From NCBI RefSeq assembly GCF_021869535.1, contig NW_026262734.1, positions 91,202,001 to 91,266,000 on the forward strand: a DNA stretch of 64,000 nucleotides. Reading direction: 5' to 3'. A model generated the notes under the pieces. It searched no databases. It saw nothing but the letters and a program-made list of their open reading frames with translations, and was not told the DNA's origin. How positions within the stretch are numbered: the first letter of the stretch is position 1; every line of letters begins with the position of its first letter. Of the stretch, positions 26,055 through 37,300 are shown piece after piece. Both the position numbers and the translations under genes were made by a program. The DNA comes from Mytilus californianus. Taxonomy: Eukaryota.

Positions 26055-26470
26055 AGAAGAAAGCCGCGTTCTTGTCCCATTGTAGATCTAAGATAGGTTT
26101 TGACACGTTTCAGGACGCAAAAAGATCTTTCAGCTGTCACAGTTGTTGGTGGCATCGTAAGAAGTATTTAAAGAATACAGTATACATTAGGATACAGTTC
26201 TTTGTCGTCGTTTCCAATGTTTCATATAGTTGATCTTGTTTCTTTGAGGGATAAATATTCCAACAAGCAACCCATTTTTGGATCTCGAGAAGAACTGCTC
26301 TTCCGGTTGGAGATCAGGATCATATAGGCGCAATTTATACGCAACTTCGCGTTTTAAATCTTTAACATTATGTGGAATTATAGTAGCAGGGTGAGAAACC
26401 TTTCCTCTGAATTAACCAATCGATCTCTACGTTCATTCAGAAGATGGTCTTAATTAGAACTGGTCTAAAA
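26055..26470 (-). pseudogene. hAT transposase C-terminal dimerisation-domain remnant
   Basis: Minus strand: KELYPNVYCIL*ILLTMPPTTVTAERSFCVLKRVKTYLRSTMGQER; in-frame stop and upstream frameshifts. Confidence 0.85.
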
Positions 26471-27339
26471 GATGGTAAACTACGAAAAAAAAGTCGGAGT
26501 ATTCTTATTACATGTATTAGTATCAATGAATACATTATGATTTATCGATACTCTCCCCCTCTCTCATGCGCTCTTTCTCCATTATTCTTAAAAAAAGCTT
26601 TTTTGTTTGTGCAAGCGAGTGCGTCATTGCGTCAATAGTAGCTACGCCAATACGTTCGTAAAATCTTATAAACTCAATTCTATGTTATATATATATGGCG
26701 ACACACCTGTTCTATAATTTTTGTGAAATTATTACATGTCGAATTGCTGACTATTATATTTTTGTCTTCGAATTTTCAAATCTTACAGTAATACGGAATT
26801 TCTAAAATAGCGGATAGACTTCGAATTGACTTCACAAATAACATCACCGTTTTAACGTCGTACTATGATCATGTTATTTTAAAGACAATTTATAGAAATC
26901 TATTCAGCAGTGCATGCATGGGTTTTATTTCTTCGTATTGCTTTTGATGGTTGGTTCTTGTGGTCACTTCTTACGAGGTCAGTACAGATTGGTTCCCGCA
27001 AAATTTTGCATCAAACCCCAAGGGCCTGAATCGTTCACCTGGAAGAAATATACGTCATTTTGATATTTTTTTCTTTATTGCAATCAGAAAACAGACTACG
27101 CCGGAATGATTAGAAAATCTCGCAGACCATATATGAATCAGGCGATTTTTAACGCGTTTAAAAATGACATTGAACATGTATAATTGAATGAGAGATGATC
27201 ATTGTGCCAGTGTATTCACAAATGTTTTATAAATTCTGTTGTAAGAGCTCCTTGGAGCTCATTTTATCAACTAATATGTTTATTTTGTGCCGATTATATA
27301 AACAAAATTTAATTACCTTTACACACTAACTATCAGTGT

Positions 27340-27569
27340 ATGAGGGTGTGGATTGGGTTTTACAGAATAGAGAATATTGGACAAAAATTTAAAGAATAGA
27401 GAAAAGTGGACCAAAAAATAAAGAATAGAGAATAATGAGGTGCTAAAATATAAAGAATAGGGAATAATGGGCAAAAATAAATATAAAGAATAGAGAAAAA
27501 TGGCCTAAAAATTAAAGAATATAGAAATGAAGGACCCCCCCCCCCCCCCGCCCCCATCCAGACCCTCAT
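27340..27569. mobile_element. Short TIR element with 4-bp TSD and internal AAAGAATAGAGAA repeats
   Basis: ATGAGGGTGTGGATTGGG / CCCATCCAGACCCTCAT; GTGT at 27336-27339 and 27570-27573. Confidence 0.65.
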
Positions 27570-28352
27570 GTGTTGTTCGTTTATAAATTAATTCTTGATG
27601 GTAATATTGACGTGTTTCCGATATTCTGATATCATTGACAGCTGTTCTATCTATGTCAATCTCGACCTATTTTACATGGGAATGGCACATTTACAATCAT
27701 GAAAAATATATGTACTCTTTTTTATGAAAGAGATCTGATTGAGTTTTGCTTCATGTGCATGGTAATTGCAATTGTGTCCTTTATTTTCATTACGAGACAA
27801 CAACAAAAAAACACTCTGTGTAAATTTATGTAAGCTCGCTGCTGTACATGTTAAAATCACACCTGCTGGTGTAGAGGGAATGACAGTAAAATATGGTGAT
27901 TGCTGATAATTTAGAGTGATAACACTCTGAATTACGTACGACCCTCATACTTACTGTGTGTGTACTATAAAAGGTGGGTGATTGGAATTATTCATTTTAT
28001 TACTACTCAATAGTGAATATATGAAATGATGGATACTTTTTCTTATATTTCGTGTGGTTAAGGATATATACTTATATCTATGCTTATACAAATATTAACT
28101 ATTTTGCAAAGGCATACACCGTCTAGCCGAACTACCAACAGAAAATATTCAACGACCACAAAGAACAACAAAGAACATAGCATAGTCAACACTTTCTCAG
28201 ATTCTAGCCAAGACGGACGCTTTGAAATTCAACTTCCTACTAGACACAGTTTTAAAATTGGAAACTTATAATTTATATATATTTCTGTAATTACAGATAC
28301 TTGGATTTCGTGTGGTTTCTTTGCATGTTTGGCCTTATAAAATTATACTAAT

Positions 28353-28654
28353 TAGGCACTGGCTACGATTACGTTGAAAACGTAACAATAACGAAAAATA
28401 ACAAAAACGACTAATTGCCGGAATGCAAGTTCTGGTTAGGAACCGATTAATTTCGGGCGTAACACCAAGGATTTATATCTTGCTATACAAATCCTTGGTA
28501 ACACTAATATTTTTGTCTACGGTTATATTGCGTTATTGTTACGTTAAAATTTTAAAAACGTTAACAGGCTTTGGGTTTTATTGCTGAATTTCCGATGGTC
28601 TGTAGGTTACTATAATAATTATTACATTTCAACGTAAATCCTAGCCAGTACCTA
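28353..28654. mobile_element. MITE upstream of PGAM5 carrying a nested 32-bp hairpin insertion
   Basis: TIR TAGGCACTGGCTACGATTACGTTGAAA / TTTCAACGTAAATCCTAGCCAGTACCTA. Confidence 0.75.
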
Positions 28655-28816
28655 CTTATTAATGCTGGTTTAAATCTACGCCCAAAGGAGACCTAGTCTA
28701 AAAAGTATGGTGTTCCAAAATATCAAGGAAGATCTTTAACCATGTTTACAGAAAAAAACAGAGGTTTGTTGGTTACACTTCCCTAGTCTAAACAGTCCCT
28801 AAGTTATCACACCAGC

Positions 28817-28989
28817 ATGGTTATGAAGCGATGCCTCTTGTTTTGTAAAAACAATGCAGTTGGATTAAGCGGTTTTGTAATAGCTAGTGGAATTGTGTTG
28901 TATGAAAAATTTAAGATAGATGGAAATGTCTTGGCTTCATGGACAACAAATTTCGAACCCTCAGTGAAATGGGATTATAATTGGGACAG
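28817..28989 (+). CDS. PGAM5: PGAM5 mitochondrial Ser/Thr phosphatase, coding exon 1
   Basis: MVMKRCLLFCKNNAVGLSGFVIASGIVLY...ASWTTNFEPSVKWDYNWDR with the PGAM5 WDxNWD motif; donor AG|gtgaat, phase 2. Confidence 0.9.
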
Positions 28990-29907
28990 GTGAATACTTT
29001 CAGTTTGTCAACGTTTGTACAAGCCATGTAACTTATATGTTAGTTCAAATAATTATGACGTCAAGAAAGGCTATTTTTGATTTTTGCTGTTACGCCTTCC
29101 TTAAAAAACATATCAAAAAGCCATACAAAACGTCATAATTATTTGGACTATTTACATTTGTACTTCTATATGTGATATTGCTCTGTTTTATTGTATTCTT
29201 GACATTCTTTATAGATCTTTATACATTTGTCCCATCAAATACAAATATCTTTATTTATCATATACTTGTATAAAATATTACTTAAATTTTACAGTTCAAT
29301 AACATTTAAAAGTATTAAAAGGCTATGAAAGGATTACTATGTTTATTAACCAGATTCCTAAGAGTTTCCTCTGCGGGCTTATAAACGAACCTTTATTGAC
29401 TGCTTCCGGAATGTTATCACATGCCTTTCCGTTAATGTCCGTGACGTTTATGGCATGCAACTTCGTAAATTTCTGGAAATTTGTTTGTAAACAAATTGAC
29501 AGACGACACGGCTGCGTTTGTCGAGTCTTTGAAAAATAACAACACAGTGCAGAAAACCGCAAGTGATTTAATACTTTTCACAAAATGGTTGAGAACCAAC
29601 AATGAATTATGATTACACATGTTTTGAGAGACATCAAATTTTGAGCCCCAACAACTTCAGGCATATCTATGCACATGTTTTCGGGGGCAACCATCACAGG
29701 AAAGGTGACAATAAACTTTTCAAACTAAGAACATGATAATTGTTGTGATATGTCACAAGATAAATAAAATGCTTGTATTATCAATAAAAACAATTAAAGT
29801 TAAGAAATTTGTATTTGGCTGTCTGGAAATTATTATCTAAAAGTTCAAAGAAAGACAAAAATCTTAATAGTTCTTGTCTGTATTTCTTCTGCTGAATTAT
29901 ATGATAA

Positions 29908-30088
29908 AAAGATCATAACATGTCATTTTTCATATCAGACCCTTTATCGGCCCTCGTTCATGATATCAGCCCTCGAGCCTACGGCTCTTGGGCTGATATC
30001 ATGACCTAGGGCTGATACGGCTCGAGGGCTGATACCATGAACGAGGGCCAATAAAGGGTCTGATATGAAAAATGCCATGTAATAATCT
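29908..30088. mobile_element. Foldback MITE in PGAM5 intron 1
   Basis: CATTTTTCATATCAGACCCTTTATCGGCCCTCGTTCATG pairs with CATGAACGAGGGCCAATAAAGGGTCTGATATGAAAAATG. Confidence 0.8.
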
Positions 30089-30174
30089 ATACTTCCTACC
30101 AAACATGATAAAATTCATAGGGCCTGTAGAGGGCATCTGTATATCATTTAACAATTATTTTGTACATTTGTAAG

Positions 30175-30640
30175 TGTGATGGGATTGCTTCCCTTAGTAT
30201 ATGTAGTAGACACTTAGCCAGCCATACGTGGTTGAGCTAAGGAAGTACTTCTTTAACTCAGTCGGTTAAAGCGCTGCCTTGTAACACAGATGTCCTGGAG
30301 GAGACAAAGTGATTTTGTAATATGAATCATGCTCTCTCAGTCTGGTTACATTTGGCGCCCAACTAAAAAAACCACGGTGGTTAGAGAGGATTTCTAGCCA
30401 GGGTATTTGGTGTTTGAGTCATAATGGTATCATGACTTTTGAAGTGGGGAAGTGTGATGGGATTGCTTCCCTTAGTATATGTAGAAGATAGTAGATGCTT
30501 GGCCAGCCGTAAGCAGGTAAGTGGTTGAGCTAAGGAAGTTACTTCTTTAGCTCAGTTGGTTTTAAAAAGCGCTGCCTAGTAACACAGAGGTCTCGGGTTC
30601 GAGTGTGATTTTGTAATGAAAATCATGCTCTCTGGTTACA
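30175..30640 (+). mobile_element. TRIM (miniature LTR retrotransposon) with tRNA-like LTRs, Helenus/TRIMp3-like
   Basis: LTRs TGTGATGG...GGTTACA at 30175-30350 and 30453-30640; PBS TGGCGCCCAAC 30353-30363; PPT GAAGTGGGGAAG 30441-30452; 4-bp TSD TAAG at 30171-30174 and 30641-30644. Confidence 0.9.
30541..30604 (+). pseudogene. tRNA-Thr-derived segment inside the 3' LTR of the TRIM
   Basis: A box TAGCTCAGTTGG, anticodon arm CTGCCTAGTAACACAG (AGT), B box GGTTCGAGT; no 3' acceptor strand, so not a tRNA gene. A decayed copy is in the 5' LTR. Confidence 0.7.
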
Positions 30641-31312
30641 TAAGTCTAATTTTACTGAATGGTTTTCAGTAATATTGTACATGATGTAACTGGAGTGAAT
30701 GTAAAGAAACAAAGTTATCCTTATACGTGTCTCTTTGTCGAACTCCCATAGGAAATAAAATCTTCCGTGGTTTCTACTACTCATTTAAAGTAGCACAATA
30801 CAAAGATTTTTTCAGCCCCAATCAGACAACTTTCAACTGATGTAATTTCTTTCCTCCAGCTCTAAAATTCATAAATGAGGAACCAAAAGAAAGAAGAAAG
30901 ATTAATCTTTCAAATGGTGAAAATTTTATTATTACATAATTATCTAGGAGCTAATTTCATTTAAAACTACATTTCCATGACAATAATGTATGTGTCACAA
31001 TTGAATAAATAAGGATCTTCCTATTTGAACCTCAATATCATTCACACATGTACCATGGGGATACTTCAGGATTGGCCTTTAATCATAAAACAATTAGGTT
31101 TTGTCCAGTGAGAAAGCATTCAATTTCAGCAATTCTAAATATATAAAGAAAATGCACACCCTATGCATCAAAAACCAGATCTGGCGGGAGAAGTTATATC
31201 ATTATTGACAAGCTGCTGTAAGTCAGTTGCTACTGATATGGTCAAAACTCCGCCCACCTTGATAAACATCACCCATTAATGATCTCAGAAGTTTAATTAC
31301 ACATTGCATTTA

Positions 31313-34300
31313 CTTTTTATAAGACCGCAAAAATTAAAAATTTTTTGGTCGTATATTGGTATGACGTTGGCGTCGTCGTCGTCGTCGTCCGGCGTCGTCC
31401 GAAGACACATTGGTTTTCGCACTCTAACTTTAGTTTAAGTGAATGGATCTCCATGAAATTTCACCATAAGGTTCAATACCACAAAAGGAAGGTTGGGATT
31501 GATTTTGGGGGTTATGGTACCAACAGTTAAGGAATTAGGGGCCAAAAAGGGGCCAAAAATAAGCATTTTTGTAACTTTCAGACAATAACTTGTGTGTAAG
31601 TGTATGGATCTCTCTGACATTGTACCACAAGGTTCCATATCACAAAGGGAAGGCTGTAATTGATTTTGGGGGTAATTGCCTCAAAATTTTAGGAATTAGG
31701 GGCCAAAAAAGGGGCAAAAAACAAGCATTTTTCTAGTTTCATGACAATAACTTGTGTGTAAGTGTTTGGATATTTCTGAAATTGTACTACAAGGTTCCAT
31801 ATCACAAAAGGAAAGCTGGAATTGAGTTTGGGGGTAATTGCCCGAAACGTTTAGGAATTGGGGGCCAAAAAGGGGCCAAAAATAAGCATTTTTCTAGTTT
31901 CCAGACAATAACTTGTGTTCATGTGTATGGATCTCTCTGAAATTGTACTGCAAGGTACCATACCACAAAGGGAAGGCTTGGATTGAGTTTGGGGGTGATG
32001 AATCATAAGGGGGTTCAAAAAATTTGGGGGGGGGATTTTTTTTTTTTTTTTTTCTTTTTTTCCTTTTTTTTTTCTTTTAAAATTTTCCATTTTAAGTTGG
32101 TTATTTCTGATTTATATTTAAAAGCAAATAATAATGATATGGTAGGAGATACACACCAAACAGGATGTGTAAATTATTATATAATAAGTATTGTGCAATA
32201 GCAAGAAATTTTCAATTGCACAGTATTGCACAATAGCAAGAAATCTTCAATTGCACAGTATTGCGCAATAGCAAGAAATCTTCAATTTAACAGTATTGCG
32301 CAATAGCAAGAAATATCCAATAGCACAATATTGCGCAATAGCAAGAAATTGTCAATTGTACAGTATTGCGCAATAGCAAGAAATATTCAATTGCACAGTA
32401 TTGTGCAAAAGAAGATACTTCGTATAAATTGCTTATTTCTTGATCAATTTCAATGGGGTTTTATTCTTGAATTCTTGGGGTTCTTTAATATGCTGAATCT
32501 AACCGTGTATTAAGTTTTTGGATTTTGGGCCCCGTTATTAAATTGGTCCACATTGAGGTCCAAAGGGTCCAAAATTAAACTTTGTTTGATTTCATCAAAA
32601 ATTGAATTATTGGGGTTCTTTGATATGCCGAATCTAACCGTGTATTTAGATTTTTAATTTTGGGTCCTGTTTTTTAAATTTGTCTACATTAAGGTCCAAA
32701 GGGTCCAAAATTAAACTTAGTTTGATTTTAACAAAAATTGAATTCTTAGGGTTCTTTGATATGCTGAATCTAAACATGTGTTTAGATTTTTGATTATGGG
32801 CCCAGTTTTCAAGTTGGTCCAAGTTGGGGTCCAAAATTAAACTTTGTTTGATTTCAACAAAAATTGAATATATGGGGTTCTTTGATATGCTGAATCTAAA
32901 CATGTATTTAGATTTTAGATTTTTGGCCCAGTTTTCAAGTTGGTCCAAATTGGGGTCCAAAATTAAACTTTGTTTGATTTCAACAAAAATTGAATATATG
33001 GGGTTCTTTGATATGCTGAATCTTACCATGTATTTAGATTTTTTATTTGTGGGCCCGCTATCAAATTGGTTCATATTGAGGTCAAAAGGGTCCAAAATTA
33101 AACTTTGTTTGATTTCATCAAAAATTGAATTATTGGGGTTCTTTGATATGCCAAATCTAACTGTGTATTTGGATTTTTAATTTTGGGTCCTGTTTTTTAA
33201 ATTGGTCTACATTAAGGTCCAAAGGGTCCAAAATTAAACTTAGTTTGATTTTAACAAAAATTGAATTTTTGGGGTTCTTTGATATGCTGAATCTAAACAT
33301 GTGTTTAGATTTTTGATTATGGGACCAGTTTTCAAGTTGGTCCAAGTTGGGGTCCAAAATTAAACTTTGTTTGATTTCAACCAAAATTGAATATATGAGG
33401 TTCTTTGATATGCTGAATCTAAACATGTATTTAGATTTTAGATTTTTGGCCCAGTTTTCAAGATGGTCCAAATTGGGGTCCAAAATTAAACTTTGTTTGA
33501 TTTCAACAAAAATTGAATATATGGGTTCTTTGATATGCTAAATCTTACCATGTATTTAGATTTTTTATTTGTGGGCCCGCTATCAAATTGGTTCATATTG
33601 AGGTCAAAAGGGTCCAAAATTAAACTTTGTTTGATTTCATCAAAAATTGAATTATTGGGGTTCTTTGATATGCCAAATCTAACTGTGTTTTTAGATTTTT
33701 AATTTAGGGTCCCGTTTTTTAAATTTGTCTACATTAAGGTCCAAAGGGTCCAAAATTAAACTTAGTTTGATTTTAACAAAAATTGAATTCTTTGGGTACT
33801 TTGATATGCTGAATCTAAACATGTGTTTAGATTTTTGATTATGGGACCAGTTTTCAAGTTTGTCCAAGTTGGGGTCCAAAATTAAACTTTGTTTGATTTC
33901 AACAAAAATTGAATATATGGGGTTCTTTGATATGCTGAATCTAACCATGTATTTTGATTTTGGACATTGGACCATAATAGGTAAATTAAAAAAATTGAAG
34001 TTCTTAGACCACATTCTTTCTGTGTCAGAAACCTATGCTGTGTCAAATATTTAATCACAATCCAAATTCAGAGCTGTATCAAGCTTGAATGTTGTGTCCA
34101 TACTTGCCCCAACTGTTCAGGGTTCGACCTCTGCGGTCGTATCAAGCTGCGCCCAGCGAAGCATTTTATTATACGACCGCAAAAATTAAAAATTTTTTGG
34201 TCGTATATTGGTATGACGTTGGCGTCGTCGTCGTCGTCGTCGTCCGAAGACACATTGGTTTTCGCACTCTAACTTTAGTTTAAGTGAATGGATCTCCATG

Positions 34301-37300
34301 AAATTTCACCATAAGGTTCAATACCACAAAAGGAAGGTTGGGATTGATTTTGGGGGTTATGGTACCAACAGTTAAGGAATTAGGGGCCAAAAAGGGACCA
34401 AAAATAAGCATTTTTGTAACTTTCAGACAATAACTTGTGTGTAAGTGTATGGATCTCTCTGACATTGTACCACAAGGTTCCATATCACAAAGGGAAGGCT
34501 GTAATTGATTTGGGGGGTAATTGCCTCAAAATTTTAGGAATTAGGGGCCAAAAAAGGGGCAAAAAACAAGCATTTTTCTAGTTTCATGACAATAACTTGT
34601 GTTTTAGTGTTTGGATATTTCTGAAATTGTACTACAAGGTTCCATATCACAAAGGGAAAGCTGGAATTGAGTTTGGGGGTAATTGCCCGAAACGTTTAGG
34701 AATTGGGGGCCAAAAAGGGACCAAAAATAAGCATTTTTCTAGTTTCCAGACAATAACTTGTGTTCAAGTCACGGTATGGATCTCTCTGAAATTGTACTGC
34801 AAGGTACCATACCACAAAGGGAAGGCTTGTATTGAGTTTGGGGGTGATGAATCATAAGGGGGTTCAAAACATTTGGGGGGGGGATTTTTTTTTTTTTTTT
34901 TTTTTCTTTTTTTCCTTTTTTTTTTCTTTTAAAATTTTCCATTTTAAGTTGGTTATTTCTGATTTATATTAAAAAAGCAAATAATAATGATATGGTAGGA
35001 GATACACACCAAACAGGATGTGTAAATTATTATATAATAAGTATTGTCCAATAGCAAGAAATTTTCAATTGCACAGTATTGCACAATAGCAAGAAATCTT
35101 CAATTGCACAGTATTGCGCAATAGCAAGAAATCTTCAATTTAACAGTATTGCGCAATAGCAAGAAATATCCAATAGCACAATATTGCGCAATAGCAAGAA
35201 ATTGTCAATTGTACAGTATTGCGCAATAGCAAGAAATATTCAATTGCACAGTATTGTGCAAAAGAAGATACTTCGTATAAATTGCTTATTTCTTGATCAA
35301 TTTCAATGGGGTTTTATTCTTGAATTCTTGGGGTTCTTTAATATGCTGAATCTAACCGTGTATTAAGTTTTTGGATTTTGGGCCCCGTTATTAAATTGGT
35401 CCACATTGAGGTCCAAAGGGTCCAAAATTAAACTTTGTTTGATTTCAACAAAAATTGAATAAATGGGGTTCTTTGATATGCTGAATCTTACCATGTATTT
35501 AGATTTTTTATTTGTGGGCCCGCTATCAAATTGGTTCATATTGAGGTCAAAAGGGTCCAAAATTAAACTTTGTTTGATTTCATCAAAAATTGAATTTTTG
35601 GGGTTCTTTGATATGCCAAATCTAACTGTGTATTTTGATTTTTAATTTTGGGTCCTGTTTTTTAAATTGGTCTACATTAAGGTCCAAAGGGTCCAAAATT
35701 AAACTTAGTTTGATTTTAACAAAAATTGAATTTTTGGGGTTCTTTGATATGCTGAATCTAAACATGTGTTTAGATTTTTGATTATGGGACCAGTTTCAAG
35801 TTGGTCCAAATTGGGGTCCAAAATTAAACTTTGTTTGATTTCAACAAAAATTGAATATATGGGGTTCTTTGATATGCTAAATCTTACCATGTATTTAGAT
35901 TTTTTATTTGTGGGCCCGCTATCAAATTGGTTCATATTGAGGTCAAAAGGGTCCAAAATTAAACTTTGTTTGATTTTAACAAAAATTGAATATATGGGGT
36001 TCTTTGATATGCTGAATCTAAACATGTATTTAGATTTTAGATTTTTGGCCCAGTTTTCAAGATGGTCCAAATTGGGGTCCAAAATTAAACTTTGTTTGAT
36101 TTCAACAAAAATTGAATATATGGGGTTCTTTGATATGCTAAATCTTACCATGTATTTAGATTTTTTATTTGTGGGCCCGCTATCAAATTGGTTCATATTG
36201 AGGTCAAAAGGGTCCAAAATTAAACTTTGTTTGATTTCATCAAAAATTGAATTATTGGGGTTCTTTGATATGCCAAATCTAACTGTGTTTTTAGATTTTT
36301 AATTTAGGGTCCCGTTTTTTAAATTTGTCTACATTAAGGTCCAAAGGGTCCAAAATTAAACTTAGTTTGATTTTAACAAAAATTGAATTCTTCGGGTACT
36401 TTGATATGCTGAATCTAAACATGTGTTTAGATTTTTGATTATGGGACCAGTTTTCAAGTTTGTCCAAGTTGGGGTCCAAAATTAAACTTTGTTTGATTTC
36501 AACAAAAATTGAATATATGGGGTTCTTAATCTTTGATATGCTGAATCTAACCATGTATTTTGATTTTGGACATTGGACCATAATAGGTAAATTAAAAAAA
36601 TTGAAGTTCTTAGACCACATTCTTTCTGTGTCAGAAACCTATGCTGTGTCAAATATTTAATCACAATTCAAATTCAGAGCTGTATCAAGCTTGAATGTTG
36701 TGTCCATACTTGCCCCAACTGTTCAGGGTTCGACCTCTGCGGTCGTATCAAGCTGCGCCCAGCGAAGCATTTTATTATACGACCGCAAAAATTAAAAATT
36801 TTTTGGTCGTATATTGGTATGACGTTGGCATCGTCGTCGTCGTCGTCCGGCGTCGTCCGAAGACACATTGGTTTTCGCACTCTAACTTTAGTTTAAGTGA
36901 ATGGATCTCCATGAAATTTCACCATAAGGTTCAATACCACAAAAGGAAGGTTGGGATTGATTTTGGGGGTTATGGTACCAACAGTTAAGGAATTAGGGGC
37001 CAAAAAGGGGCCAAAAATAAGCATTTTTGTAACTTTCAGACAATAACTTGTGTGTAAGTGTATAGATCTCTCTGACATTGTACCACAAGGTTCCATATCA
37101 CAAAGGGAAGGCTGTAATTGATTTTGGGGGTAATTGCCTCAAAATTTTAGGAATTAGGGGCCAAAAAAGGGGCAAAAAACAAGCATTTTTCTAGTTTCAT
37201 GACAATAACTTGTGTGTAAGTGTTTGGATATTTCTGAAATTGTACTACAAGGTTCCATATCACAAAGGGAAAGCTGGAATTGAGTTTGGGGGTAATTGCC

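Noticed and set aside
30541-30610. Functional tRNA-Thr gene
   Set aside because: No 3' acceptor strand, expanded D-loop, and embedded in an LTR; treated as a tRNA-derived promoter relic.
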